Below are positions 37,376 through 47,127 of a stretch of 59,795 nt of DNA, in pieces (position 1 is the stretch's first letter; each line of letters opens with the position of its first letter). Below the pieces are notes generated by a model. The model was given only the letters and a program-made list of their open reading frames with translations. It ran no database searches and was not told the origin of the DNA. The DNA lies in IMG/VR virus record IMGVR_UViG_3300030098_003320, positions 1 to 59,795 of that record. One strand, written 5' to 3'. Origin of the DNA: a virus (lineage: Duplodnaviria > Caudoviricetes). A program made the translations under genes and the position numbers.

Positions 37376-38587
37376 GTGGGTAGGGTTTATACGCGACACT
37401 GTAACGAATGTGGCAAGCTTTACACGGGTGCTGGCAAATCTTTTTGCAGCAAGCCCTGTGATGACAATTCGCGACGGTCAGAGGATAAGAAAAAACCTCC
37501 TGTCGATGTCAAAGACTTAGACGAAAAGATTCGCACTAAGGTTGAAGACGAAATTGCTAGTGTCGTTGTTATGGCATCAAAGGCAATTAAAACGCCAGAA
37601 GAATTGTTTGAACAAAGCGGTATGGACCCAGACGTTTGGGAAATTATACCTGACCAGGCAGTTGTAAAAACATGGCCTGTGCAAATGAAAGTAGAAGGAT
37701 ACCCGGTCACAATTCCTTGTTTCTATGTAGCCATTAAACTACGAAAACGGTGGGAGCACTCTAGGCTACCAACACCGATCATTATCGACGTACCAACCCC
37801 GCCAGCTCCTACCAAGTCGGCGGGTGTTTTTACATCGGTTCATTATTCCGATATACATTTCCCGCATCACGATCCTCGAGTTTTAACAATTCTTTACAAA
37901 ATTCTAGAAGAATTGCAGCCGGACTTGGTAGTAGATCATGGTGACTTGCTGGATTGCGAACAGTTGTCGCGCTGGCCCAAAGATCCATTTGATAGGACTA
38001 GCCTAAAAGATGAATTAAAAATGGCTGCTGAACATTGCGGGATCGTTCACAGTATTACACCGCACGCTGACCATTGGTTCTTAGAAGGCAATCACGAAGC
38101 TAGAATCAGAAAAACTATATGGGCGCTTGCCGAATCACGATCGGCTGGAGAGCTGCTTACGCTACCAGACGTAGCAGACGCTCTTAGAATCCCTAAACTG
38201 CTTGGGATTGAGGCTTTAGGCTGGGAGTATACTCCGTACCCTAAACATCGCTTGTTGTTTGATCGCTTAGTGCTGTGTCACGGCGAGACGGCAAAAAAAG
38301 ACTCGGGCGCGTCCGAAAAAGCAGAATACCAGAGGTACGGAAAAGGTGGCATAAGCGGGCACACTCATAGGGTAGGGTTTTATGGCCGTACTGATTACAA
38401 CGGGGTTCACGGCTGGTGGGGACTCGGCATGAGCGGGAAGATTAGGGATGAATACGTTTCATTCCCGGATTGGCAACAAGGATTCTTGTGCGTCACAATG
38501 AACCAGGACAAGACAGAATATCACGTTGAACGCATTAGAATCTTTGATGGTGTGGCGTATTTTAGGGGCAAGCGTTATGACGCTTAA
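37376..38587 (+). CDS. Metallophosphoesterase with N-terminal Cys cluster (B)
   Basis: SDIH, GDLLD, GNHE, HG and GHTH; CNECG...FCS..C. Confidence 0.85.
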   Translation: MGRVYTRHCNECGKLYTGAGKSFCSKPCDDNSRRSEDKKKPPVDVKDLDEKIRTKVEDEIASVVVMASKAIKTPEELFEQSGMDPDVWEIIPDQAVVKTWPVQMKVEGYPVTIPCFYVAIKLRKRWEHSRLPTPIIIDVPTPPAPTKSAGVFTSVHYSDIHFPHHDPRVLTILYKILEELQPDLVVDHGDLLDCEQLSRWPKDPFDRTSLKDELKMAAEHCGIVHSITPHADHWFLEGNHEARIRKTIWALAESRSAGELLTLPDVADALRIPKLLGIEALGWEYTPYPKHRLLFDRLVLCHGETAKKDSGASEKAEYQRYGKGGISGHTHRVGFYGRTDYNGVHGWWGLGMSGKIRDEYVSFPDWQQGFLCVTMNQDKTEYHVERIRIFDGVAYFRGKRYDA

Positions 38588-38603
38588 AAAAACCTAAAGC
38601 GCG

Positions 38604-38641
38604 TGACAAAAATGACAAAAACAATTCTGTCATTTTCGTCA
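38604..38641. repeat. Inverted pair of tandem 9-mers
   Basis: TGACAAAAATGACA-N10-TGTCATTTTCGTCA. Confidence 0.7.
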
Positions 38642-38800
38642 TGTTATTTGACTTTTTTTTTGTAGCTACTTTATGTACCTTTCCGTAGGCAACAACGCAG
38701 GATAAGAAGCGAGTAGTCCGAAGCAGTAGGCGCTAGGAGTTGCCCGACGAAACGCTCATCGTTGCCTAGCACAAGTCTCTGTGAGAGGGTGGGCAAAGCT

Positions 38801-38931
38801 AGTAAATATAAAGGGGGGTGTCTGCTGGTGGTTACTGCCACGGCGACACTTAAACAACCACAACCTATGTCCCAGCGTCGTTCTGTAGCCTTCATACCGC
38901 TTGAGTTCGCTGGTGGTGCCCCCTTTTTACT
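38801..38931 (+). ncRNA. Candidate three-way-junction RNA, copy 2
   Basis: P1 AAAGGGGG/CCCCCTTT; P2 GTGTC/GACAC; TTAAA; P3 CCAGCG/CGCTGG. Confidence 0.55.
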
Positions 38932-38982
38932 TGCTTGCTTCTGGAATGCCTGTCCCGTGGGTCTGCCCCAAAGGTCGCGCTC

Positions 38983-39195
38983 TTAGCTTCCAGTAGAGAC
39001 GACCGCTAAAAAGACGCTTCGCTTGTGGCTACGACTGGATCCGTTCTCGCTACTGCGTTTAGCGTCTTTTTTGTCGATGTGGCAATACTCGTTATTTAAC
39101 CCTTCCCAGCAATAATTACTTGTCGAAACGCAAGTGCCTAACCAGAAACACGCTCCTAGAATTACTGCCAACATCGACCACCGTTTTACTGTCAT
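38983..39195 (-). CDS. Small membrane/exported protein
   Basis: Hydrophobic N-terminus; ATGA coupling. Confidence 0.4.
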   Translation of the reverse strand: MTVKRWSMLAVILGACFWLGTCVSTSNYCWEGLNNEYCHIDKKDAKRSSENGSSRSHKRSVFLAVVSTGS

Positions 39196-39494
39196 GCGTC
39201 AGGCTCACGAAGAATCGCTACGCCTTCGGTCAAGACTTCACGTTGGCGATCGGTGAGAGGTGATGACTTCAATAGCTCCTGGGCATAATCTGTCCACTTG
39301 GTTTTGTGCAGAATCCTGCTTTGCGACAGCTCGGCAAAGTCAAACCAATGACTAGATCGGCTCGAGATCAGCCAAATTACAGCGTGCTTGTGTTCTCGGG
39401 CGTTTGGTGCGGTTGTGTTGTCAGCTCCGTAAACACACATATCGCGAACAGCCCTGAGAATGACGGCTGCTGCAAGTCGCTGATATGGATTCAT
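39192..39494 (-). CDS. Hypothetical protein
   Basis: PY.RLAAAVI.RAVRD motif common in phages. Confidence 0.6.
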   Translation of the reverse strand: MNPYQRLAAAVILRAVRDMCVYGADNTTAPNAREHKHAVIWLISSRSSHWFDFAELSQSRILHKTKWTDYAQELLKSSPLTDRQREVLTEGVAILREPDA

Positions 39495-39500
39495 AAGAGT

Positions 39501-39919
39501 TTAGGATATCTGTTGACCAATCCATTCTGCAACATTTACGGTAACGGCGTTGCCTAGCATTTGGTATCGGGTGCCTTTCCTTAAAGGCTTATTGCTTAAG
39601 CCGTAGCGAGTCCAATCGTCAGGAAACCCTTGGAGTCGTTCGCATTCAACCGGAGTCAATCGTCTTGGGGCGTTGTCGGTTGCTGTCACGTTTAAACAGG
39701 CCATGCCGTCTGTCGTTACGCCAAGGGCGGGTGAGACAGAGCCATGAATAGGGTCTTGGGAGTGCGCCACGGTCGCCAGCCAGACCGCTCCTGCGCCCTG
39801 CATCGCTATAGTCCTGGCAGGGGAACCCTCCGCAAATAACGTCAATTGATTTTGCGCTTTTAACATCTCTTACATCCTCATAGCCCGGAAAACAGGCTAC
39901 CGATCGTCAGGCTGCTCAC
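39501..39919 (-). pseudogene. Internally deleted C5-cytosine methyltransferase
   Basis: Motif I GSLFSG, motif IV DVICGGFPCQD and motifs IX-X RRLTPVECERLQGFP/GNAV, with a frame change between each block. Confidence 0.8.
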
Positions 39920-40191
39920 AGCTCTGCTATGTTGGCTGCGTAACCAGCAATGTCGATCAAACTGTCTTGGTGCCCCGGCGTGTTTGCCAAACGGGAAATT
40001 TTCTGGCAGATGTTAAACACGCAAACATCTTGTGCGTCCATTGTTGGTACGACCATGTATGGTCCATATCGCCGTTTCAAGTAGGCGCTGAACAGGTCAG
40101 CTGTGGCCCCGTGGTTCTGAGCCGGACTTCCGTAAGCATCGCGCCTGTTCTGGCTGACCAACACTTTGGCTTCATCTAAGATGTCCTTCAT
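39916..40191 (-). CDS. DUF6378-like phage protein
   Basis: IL.EA..LV...R...YG and KISR....DS..DIAGYA. Confidence 0.7.
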   Translation of the reverse strand: MKDILDEAKVLVSQNRRDAYGSPAQNHGATADLFSAYLKRRYGPYMVVPTMDAQDVCVFNICQKISRLANTPGHQDSLIDIAGYAANIAEL

Positions 40192-40691
40192 TCGGTTTTA
40201 TCCGAAAGAACCTCATAGTCAGCCTCTTCTATTTCATTTTCTTTTGTTCCCTTTTCCATTGCTCGAGACTCAACCTCTTTAAGCCCGGTTAAAAAAATTG
40301 CGCCAATGTCCCCGTTTACAGCCAACGCGGTAGTTTCGTTCTTCCCGTACGCAACACGATTTAAACGCTCTGCCATCCATCTCCTGTGCTCAACGCGCAG
40401 CCTTGCTGCCGGAATTGAACCGTCATCAGCTACATCTACGATCATTAAGCCCTCTTCAACCAAGTCAGACGCAATCATTTCCTTTACGCCCTGCCAGCGA
40501 TCCCACCTACCACCAGTCTTGTCTGCTTTGAGCCACTCGTAAAACACCCGGTTAGACATCTTGCCGACACTTTCGGGCATATTTTTTAACATATTCCTTA
40601 CAGATCGGTACTTCATGTACAGCTCAAATACTGCTGCCTCTCCGTAGGTATCTAACCGTTTGTGCGCGGCTCGCGTCAGCTTTTTCGACAT
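40188..40691 (-). CDS. Terminase small subunit-like protein (B)
   Basis: AARLRVEHRRWMAERLNRVAYG; homolog of 4974-5489. Confidence 0.55.
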   Translation of the reverse strand: MSKKLTRAAHKRLDTYGEAAVFELYMKYRSVRNMLKNMPESVGKMSNRVFYEWLKADKTGGRWDRWQGVKEMIASDLVEEGLMIVDVADDGSIPAARLRVEHRRWMAERLNRVAYGKNETTALAVNGDIGAIFLTGLKEVESRAMEKGTKENEIEEADYEVLSDKTE

Positions 40692-40702
40692 CGTCTATCC
40701 TT

Positions 40703-40996
40703 TTAAACCCAAGAGTTAATAACTGAATCAAGTAAACGTGACAGCTCTTGTTCTGGCACGCGCTCGCCATTGCCCCGAAACCGTAAAAGGTCATCTTCCG
40801 GTAACCCAAGCGAGTCCTCGTTCTGCATCTCTGTGTACTGCTCATCTAACCACCAAAAAGCAAGGTCGTCCCTCGCGCTCTGAATGTCACTGCGCCAGGC
40901 ATCAGCTTTGTCTGTAACGTCTTCAAGGGGTAGTAGGGCCACAGCCATGAGGACTCGGTCAGCCTTCTTAAAATACGCCCTACTCATGTAGGCCAC
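40703..40996 (-). CDS. Hypothetical protein (homolog of 5434-5748)
   Basis: LPEDDLLRF.GNGER. Confidence 0.6.
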   Translation of the reverse strand: MAYMSRAYFKKADRVLMAVALLPLEDVTDKADAWRSDIQSARDDLAFWWLDEQYTEMQNEDSLGLPEDDLLRFRGNGERVPEQELSRLLDSVINSWV

Positions 40997-41850
40997 ATAC
41001 CCTCCTCCTCCCTAGACGCCTCATGCACGGTCAAGGTGCGGTAATCCCAAAGAATAGGTATATCCAGAGTAGGCCCGTGACGGTTTTTCGCGCAGCACAA
41101 CCATGTCCGGGCGACATTGTCCGTTCGCTCGTAACGGCTGTGATCCAGCAATAAACACAAGTCGCTACTAGCCTCGAGGATCATGCCCCCGAATAGCCCT
41201 TGGCTCCGGGGCGTGCTGTCGTAGTTGCTTGAAGTGCTCCTGTTAAACTGCGACAAACACACGATCGTGCATTGGTGCTCCACACCCCAAGCTCTCAGCT
41301 CGGTCACGATTTTTTGCGTGGCCCGGTATATCTGATCTTCATCGCCCGTGTTCACTAGTTGCAAGTAGTCCAGAATAAAGTACCTGCATCCATCGGCATA
41401 ACAGGCTTTGCAATAGTCAACGACTGACTGCCAAGTGCTCAACAAATTTGTAGGCACCCACAAGGGTGGTGCGCCCTCCATCCCGGCAACAGCCTCAACC
41501 CAATCATCCTGTTGAAAGTGGCCTCTCTCAAGTCGGGCAATTCGTGTATGCGTGTGCAGCGCGTATAACCGTGTGGCAAGCTGCTGTGGCGACATCTCAA
41601 GCGAGATGTACCCAACGCTAGTCCCGTGGTTTAACACCGCGCTCGCAATGTTCAATGCTAGAGCCGACTTTCCGTGCCCAGGGTTGCCAGCAATCGTTAT
41701 AAACCATCCCGGCGCAAATCCACCGCCGCCACCGTCATCCCGACAAATGCGATTTAATGTGGGTATCCCCGTGGGGATGCTGACGATTTCTTCTTGTTGT
41801 TTCTGTGCGTACTGGTCTAGAAAATCCAGACTGAGAATGTCTTGTTTCAT
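40984..41850 (-). CDS. dnaB: DnaB-like helicase (B)
   Basis: GNPGHGKS, SLEMS, ILDYLQL, AKNRHGP. Confidence 0.9.
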   Translation of the reverse strand: MKQDILSLDFLDQYAQKQQEEIVSIPTGIPTLNRICRDDGGGGGFAPGWFITIAGNPGHGKSALALNIASAVLNHGTSVGYISLEMSPQQLATRLYALHTHTRIARLERGHFQQDDWVEAVAGMEGAPPLWVPTNLLSTWQSVVDYCKACYADGCRYFILDYLQLVNTGDEDQIYRATQKIVTELRAWGVEHQCTIVCLSQFNRSTSSNYDSTPRSQGLFGGMILEASSDLCLLLDHSRYERTDNVARTWLCCAKNRHGPTLDIPILWDYRTLTVHEASREEEGMWPT

Positions 41851-41854
41851 GTCG

Positions 41855-42718
41855 CTACTCTGCCCAAGCGGGCAAGCCGATCTTATGTATCTGAGTAGAA
41901 AAATTCCCGTCTACATAAGCGGGCCAGTAATTATTGAAGTAACAATTCTGCCATTTTGCTAGAAGGTGACGAAGGTGAGTCCTGCCGACAGACAATGCCT
42001 CCGCATCAAGCTCGTAAACTGCTACGCAATAAGGGGCGCTTCGCTCCACGCAGATAAATATGAAACGGTTTCTTTCCTGTCGGGTTGGCTCACCATCCTT
42101 GAAGCCCTCGAGGTAGTTCACGCCATTTAAGTAATGCGCGGCTTGGCGAAAATATCCACGCTCGTATAAGTCCCTTGAAAACGCCCGCTCCCTTGCGTCC
42201 TGTGTCGTCTTGATGTCTACGATCGCCCGCCCAAACTGACTGTTTATTTCGGGCAATGCGTCGATCCTCGCCTTGCACGCAACATCAAACGTAGGGTCAT
42301 GCCAGAATGCACTAACCTCGCTGCGGGAAACGTCCAACAGATCGGACGCGGCGGGATGATTTAGCACAGACTCGCGCATCTCTAATACAGCTCTGTGCTC
42401 AACCGCTTTGAGTATCTTGTCAGCCTTAAACGACTCTAGAAGCTCTGCGCGAGCCTCCTTCACCTCTTTGGACCTACCGTCGCCCTCCGGCAGCACGGCC
42501 CACTCTTTCTCAAAGAGAAGCGGCTCTAGAATAGCACTGTGTACCGCGCTCCCCATTATCATGGGGCGCGTTGGTATAACTGGGTTAGCCAGCGCGTGTC
42601 GCAAATGCGCGGGCGATCTCGCCAGGTGACCTAACCGAGAAGCGGAAGCTCCATCGGCTTTGTGGTAGTCCTCGGCGCTCATGTGATACAAAAGAGATTC
42701 TTCCTTGGTGGCTATCAT
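41855..42718 (-). CDS. RecE/exonuclease VIII-like nuclease (B)
   Basis: CKARID, DIKTT, Y.RQAAHY. Confidence 0.85.
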   Translation of the reverse strand: MIATKEESLLYHMSAEDYHKADGASASRLGHLARSPAHLRHALANPVIPTRPMIMGSAVHSAILEPLLFEKEWAVLPEGDGRSKEVKEARAELLESFKADKILKAVEHRAVLEMRESVLNHPAASDLLDVSRSEVSAFWHDPTFDVACKARIDALPEINSQFGRAIVDIKTTQDARERAFSRDLYERGYFRQAAHYLNGVNYLEGFKDGEPTRQERNRFIFICVERSAPYCVAVYELDAEALSVGRTHLRHLLAKWQNCYFNNYWPAYVDGNFSTQIHKIGLPAWAE

Positions 42719-43506
42719 GCTTCTACGCTCCAGTTGCGGCTTACAGCCGTTAATTGTGTTGTGGCCCTAGCTCGCGAAAGGCCACGGTGAGTCCAGCTCT
42801 CCCTTCGTTCCTCATTGCGAAACAGGCTCTCGGGTAGCTGGTACGCCCGAGTCCCCATGTGGTGCGGACTAGCTTTAACAGCCCGAAGAATCCCCCGAAA
42901 CAAATCCTCAGAGCTGTCGGCATCCGATAATTGCTCTTCATACAAAGCAGACAGAATCTGTTTTCGTTTCTTGGTAAGCTTTGGATGCGGCTTTTTAGGA
43001 GACAACTCATCCAGCCATATTTCCCACAACCGATCGACCTCTGGAGGTGTGTTAGTAGGTAATGGTTTAATGGTAGATGTATTGTTATTGTTCCTAGCCT
43101 GTTCCAAGTCTGTTCCAAGCCCCTTGCTAGAATAAGTAGAAAAGTCATTGTACGCAACGAAATTCACCACCTTTAAGTGTGTTCCATGCTTCGTGCGTGC
43201 CAAGACCTTAATACGGCCATCGCGTGCCAACGTATCCAGCATTCGTGATACCTGGCTGGTAGACCAAACGACCAGTTTGTTGTTGCCTGTGTAGGCGCAG
43301 TCGTCTGCAATCTGCCTCAAGCTCCGAAGGTATTCTCCCTGCTTAACGGTTACGGTGTCTGCACCCTGCCCGTAAGTAAACGACTTTGTGGCCGAGTGAT
43401 TTGCCTTCATCATTAGATAAAGAAACAAACGAACAAGGTCACTGTTCATTCGCCAAAGATCGTTGTCGATCAAACCTCTCGAGAGCAAGACAAATCCGCT
43501 ACTCAT
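42715..43506 (-). CDS. Replication initiator protein (B)
   Basis: Homolog of 7760-8530; internal CTGTTCCAAG repeats. Confidence 0.75.
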   Translation of the reverse strand: MSSGFVLLSRGLIDNDLWRMNSDLVRLFLYLMMKANHSATKSFTYGQGADTVTVKQGEYLRSLRQIADDCAYTGNNKLVVWSTSQVSRMLDTLARDGRIKVLARTKHGTHLKVVNFVAYNDFSTYSSKGLGTDLEQARNNNNTSTIKPLPTNTPPEVDRLWEIWLDELSPKKPHPKLTKKRKQILSALYEEQLSDADSSEDLFRGILRAVKASPHHMGTRAYQLPESLFRNEERRESWTHRGLSRARATTQLTAVSRNWSVEA

Positions 43507-43844
43507 GCGCTGACGATGTCCCCTTTCTCTTCCAAGAAGTCGTAGACATCCCTGACGTCATATGCCACAAGATAGGGAACGCCCGTGCGGTCGCATTCTG
43601 ACTGAAATCCGACCTGGCTCTCGCGCAACTTGCCGCCCGGAGCCTTAACTTCGATAAAGAAAAAAGGGACCATAGAATCGTTGCCATTGAACACCAGAAG
43701 GTCAGGGATGCCCGGCGTCTGTCTAGTGCCTCCCTTATCGCGACGGTAGCCCTGCTCAGTCGAATACACAGAGCAACCAATCATCTTTAAGAATTGCTGC
43801 ACCTCCCGGCTTACCCTTGCTTCCGGCTTAACCCTTTTTGCCAT
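43503..43844 (-). CDS. VRR-NUC nuclease (B)
   Basis: PGIPDL, FIEVK..GGKL..SQ. Confidence 0.85.
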   Translation of the reverse strand: MAKRVKPEARVSREVQQFLKMIGCSVYSTEQGYRRDKGGTRQTPGIPDLLVFNGNDSMVPFFFIEVKAPGGKLRESQVGFQSECDRTGVPYLVAYDVRDVYDFLEEKGDIVSA

Positions 43845-44094
43845 CGTTACCCTCGGGCACCGGGTAGTCACGGTGCAATTCTCTGAGGGTAACAAGGAGG
43901 TATTCCACAGCTTGGTCGATCGCGATCCTGCTCTTGAGGACACCGTCCCTGCTCCCGTTCTGTAGGAGTGTCTCAGGGACGCGGCCCAAACGTCTGCTGA
44001 CGCGCTTTAAATCGTCTTGGATCTCGCCAACTTCGTTGAACAGAAGAGGGCGCATATCCTCCACCATGCGCTCTAGCTTAGAAGGGTAGGCCAT
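43828..44094 (-). CDS. Hypothetical protein (homolog of 8862-9101)
   Basis: Similarity and synteny. Confidence 0.6.
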   Translation of the reverse strand: MAYPSKLERMVEDMRPLLFNEVGEIQDDLKRVSRRLGRVPETLLQNGSRDGVLKSRIAIDQAVEYLLVTLRELHRDYPVPEGNDGKKG

Positions 44095-44338
44095 CGTCGC
44101 TCCCCTCGGCCACTGGCTGACCAGCCTTGGGCTTCGGCTTCCAGGTATCGACCTGAGCGTACCATTTGCCCTCGCGCCCCTCCTTAATGTCTACGTTTAG
44201 CCACTCGCCTTCTTGAGTCGCAATAAACTTCGCAAAGTCGGCAATCTTAAAGCTCACGCGAGCCTTCACAAAGTCAGGTGCAGAATCTCGAGGAGCCGAC
44301 GCATACATTCCATTGGGAAATACTTTGTCATGCGGCAT
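44078..44338 (-). CDS. Small SSB-like protein (B)
   Basis: APDFVK...VDTW...DDGLPF. Confidence 0.6.
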   Translation of the reverse strand: MPHDKVFPNGMYASAPRDSAPDFVKARVSFKIADFAKFIATQEGEWLNVDIKEGREGKWYAQVDTWKPKPKAGQPVAEGSDDGLPF

Positions 44339-44358
44339 AATGTCATCGTCCTGTTGGG

Positions 44359-44793
44359 TTAAAAAAGAGACGGCTCGTTTTCTACAAGCCGCCAGAGATA
44401 TGCTTTCCTTCCACTACGGGTGTCACGCTTGCGGTCGGTGCGCTCTGCCAGACCAAGCTCTCTCAGCTCCGACAGTCTTCGCCCGGCGGTGTGATGCCCG
44501 TCAAACAACGATACATCTAATTCGTCAGCAGTTAAGTGACCACGATCACGCAATAGTCCTAGAATCTTGTCGCGCTGGCGTTGTGCGCCCCGCGTCATAG
44601 ATGCAGCGGCATCATGGCTAGTGTCGGGGTCATCGTTCCTAGCCCTTGGCTGAACAAGCGGATCGCGGGGATCCTGGAAAGCGTGTCCAGCCGGGCACCG
44701 CCACAAAGCCGTCCCGCCTCGCGTCATATGCGAAACAGTTGCCCACTGGCGGCACCCGTCTGCCGGGCACCTTTTAATGCCGGAGCTAACCAC
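44359..44793 (-). CDS. Winged-HTH protein with N-terminal Cys motif
   Basis: AR.DDPDTSH.AA, LTADEL, RRLSELRE.G. Confidence 0.65.
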   Translation of the reverse strand: MVSSGIKRCPADGCRQWATVSHMTRGGTALWRCPAGHAFQDPRDPLVQPRARNDDPDTSHDAAASMTRGAQRQRDKILGLLRDRGHLTADELDVSLFDGHHTAGRRLSELRELGLAERTDRKRDTRSGRKAYLWRLVENEPSLF

Positions 44794-45484
44794 GAAGCTC
44801 GCCCTCTAAAAACCTAATTGCATCCTCTACGCGAGCGATCGGCCCACGGTCACCTAGGTACTTCTTGGCAACATCTATTCCCTTCGTATCTATGTTGCCT
44901 TCGCCCTCGCAAGCGGTCACTAGGCTCGCAAGCTTGGCTAGAGAATCCTCAAGGTGTGCCCCCCGCTCCTTTTCCTGCTTCTTGGCAGCAGCGGCCCGCC
45001 TTTTCTTCTCGGCGGCGGTCAAAGGTTTTACGGTATTTACCTCAATCGGTTTAGGCACACCCGACCCGTCCCTGTAGAGCTGTAGGCCTAATCCCGTTAG
45101 GGTAGCAACAGCCTTAACAACGCAACGCCAGCGAGCATCGTTAATATCTCGAGACGACGGGTTTTCGATAGCGTCATAGCGGTTGTCCATTACAGCCAGC
45201 GTGCAAGCTTGCCATATAAAGTCGCCCGCCCCGTCAGGAATAGAGACGCCGCACTCAACTTCGGCGCTTCCATCCGGGTAAAAGTGCGCTGGTTTAAAAG
45301 AGTAGGTTGCAGCCGGGTAATGTTCTGTTAGAATCGCCCAGCAATCAGCCCAGGGTAGCCACGAAAGCGATCGGTTGCCAATGCTGCGGCTTTGAGTGTA
45401 GGGGGATACATCCACCCCTTTTAGGCTGTCGCGAACATCAGTCGCCGTCAGGACGGGAGAATCAGACATCAGCACTCCCTCCAT
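44786..45484 (-). CDS. Sak/Rad52-like annealing protein (B)
   Basis: LSWLPWA, YPDGSAEV, LAVMDNR, RCVVKA..GLGL.LY. Confidence 0.8.
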   Translation of the reverse strand: MEGVLMSDSPVLTATDVRDSLKGVDVSPYTQSRSIGNRSLSWLPWADCWAILTEHYPAATYSFKPAHFYPDGSAEVECGVSIPDGAGDFIWQACTLAVMDNRYDAIENPSSRDINDARWRCVVKAVATLTGLGLQLYRDGSGVPKPIEVNTVKPLTAAEKKRRAAAAKKQEKERGAHLEDSLAKLASLVTACEGEGNIDTKGIDVAKKYLGDRGPIARVEDAIRFLEGELRG

Positions 45485-45689
45485 CGGCAGTAATGCGAAA
45501 ATCTCCGACTAGCCAATCCCTGACAACTTTCGGAATTGGCTTGCTTCCGTTTAGCCAGCGGTAAGTAGTAGACGGGGGTCTAATGAGAACCTCGCGTGAG
45601 AATCTCTTCACCCCCCTGCCGTCACGCTCAATTGCATCGCTCAACGATTTAATACTCCAATCATCGGCGTGCGGGTGTCGATTAGACAT
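45462..45689 (-). CDS. Cro/XRE-like HTH regulator (B)
   Basis: RPPSTTYRWLNG..PIP; homolog of 10430-10642. Confidence 0.6.
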   Translation of the reverse strand: MSNRHPHADDWSIKSLSDAIERDGRGVKRFSREVLIRPPSTTYRWLNGSKPIPKVVRDWLVGDFRITADGGSADV

Positions 45690-45720
45690 CGGTTTGGTAG
45701 CTCCTTCCGAGGTGAGATTA

Positions 45721-45809
45721 ACGATAGCCCCGCCAGCCTACCAATGCAACAGGTTTCATAACTGCCCGGAAACACACGCCTTGTGCCACCGAGAATGTGT
45801 ACTTAGAAT
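45721..45809. promoter_or_regulatory. Divergent sigma70-like promoters (B)
   Basis: Minus strand TTGCAT-17-TATCGT (45749-45721); plus strand TTGTGC-17-TAGAAT (45781-45809). Confidence 0.6.
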
Positions 45810-45848
45810 GTCGCATAGGTAGTTTCACTAAGTCTCGGGAGCGAGATT

Positions 45849-46091
45849 ATGATAGGCAGCAATAACTTAGATGTAGCGTTTCGGTTGGTCGAAAAGCCGG
45901 AAGTGTGGGTGGCTCCGGTGTGGTCCACCAAGTCTAACGACGAGGAGAAAACCGCCTTTGTGCAGTTTTCGGTACAGGGTCAGATGGAGCTAACTATGGT
46001 CGCGCCGATTGCCACGCTAAAGAAGATAGCGAACGAAATGCTTTACCAAGCGCAGAAGCTCGAGGACAACTGGGATGAGGTAGATGACTAA
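45849..46091 (+). CDS. Hypothetical early protein
   Basis: RBS GGGAG; first gene after the promoter. Confidence 0.55.
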   Translation: MIGSNNLDVAFRLVEKPEVWVAPVWSTKSNDEEKTAFVQFSVQGQMELTMVAPIATLKKIANEMLYQAQKLEDNWDEVDD

Positions 46092-46570
46092 TGGACAACG
46101 TCCCTTCGGTTTACGACAACATTGGGTTTGAGCAGCGGTTAGTTGACCACTACATCTATGTGGCAAAAGGCGCATATGATGAGTTTGTGCGCTTGCATTG
46201 GGATTGTGCTCCAGGCCTAATTGAGGAGGGTGGTAAAGAATTCTCTCCCTTTGCGGCGGGTTTTTTTGATGGTATGCGAGAGCGGTTCAACGATACCGAT
46301 TATTCGAAAGAATCGTATGAGATTCGTTTTGGACTTAACGACAAGCGAAGTGTCCGAACATCGGCTTATGACCTCTACTGTTATGGGTACGACTCAGGGG
46401 AATATCAAGCAGAATCCGACGCCGCACTTTTACGGTTGGTAGCCGAAAAAGCTGCTGCCAAGTGCATGGCGCGACGGCCTTGGCTGCAAGAGGGAGATGC
46501 CCGCCCGGCGCGATCTATTACGATGTCTCAGGGACGCGGCCCTCTTGAAGTAAGTAACCTATGCGACTAA
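46091..46570 (+). CDS. Hypothetical acidic early protein
   Basis: TAATG coupling. Confidence 0.55.
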   Translation: MDNVPSVYDNIGFEQRLVDHYIYVAKGAYDEFVRLHWDCAPGLIEEGGKEFSPFAAGFFDGMRERFNDTDYSKESYEIRFGLNDKRSVRTSAYDLYCYGYDSGEYQAESDAALLRLVAEKAAAKCMARRPWLQEGDARPARSITMSQGRGPLEVSNLCD

Positions 46571-46606
46571 GTTCCCTGTAACGCAAACCACCAAGAGGGG
46601 GGAATT

Positions 46607-46807
46607 ATGGCCGGAGTAATTAAGAGAGAGCGGATTCTTGAGCTAGCGATGCGCTCAATGTTTGGCACCGAGAACGTGGGCATCTGCACCGCTTGCGGTT
46701 ATGAGCAGGACGGCTGCGAACCGGACGCGGAGAACTATGAGTGCGAGGATTGCGGGGAACGTAAGGTGCAGGGCGTTGAGAACCTACTACTCGGGACGGT
46801 CGCCTAA
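46607..46807 (+). CDS. Zinc-ribbon protein
   Basis: GICTACG.EQDGCEPDA.NYECEDCG. Confidence 0.7.
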   Translation: MAGVIKRERILELAMRSMFGTENVGICTACGYEQDGCEPDAENYECEDCGERKVQGVENLLLGTVA

Positions 46808-47127
46808 TGACATATGACATTACATGGGGTCTTATGTGGGGTCCGGCCAGCCCGCGAAAAGTGCATTGGACTGACGGCATATTCTGCTGTATCGAATGCG
46901 GGAAACCTTCCCGGCTTGCCGTCAGAGCCTACCACGAATGGGTCTACGAAAACCAAAGTCATGCGGTAGGTATGCCCAATGTCTATAACCATGAAAACCG
47001 ATATAGAAAATGCGATGTGCCGAGGGAGCCGGACCCGACGCCGCAAGAGGTAGCCGATCAGCTAGAGATTTGCCTTAATTGCGCTGGTCTCGAGGGTTTC
47101 GATCTACGGGGGGAACATGACTACTAG
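46807..47127 (+). CDS. Cys-containing hypothetical protein
   Basis: CIEC and CLNC pairs; coupled. Confidence 0.5.
   Translation: MTYDITWGLMWGPASPRKVHWTDGIFCCIECGKPSRLAVRAYHEWVYENQSHAVGMPNVYNHENRYRKCDVPREPDPTPQEVADQLEICLNCAGLEGFDLRGEHDY

Noticed and set aside
38740-38769. LPDETLIVA* as a trans-encoded tmRNA tag partner
   Set aside because: Only superficial tag resemblance, and it lies in B whereas the mini-tmRNA is in A
38686-38770. Hammerhead ribozyme (GAAAC present)
   Set aside because: No CUGANGA core found
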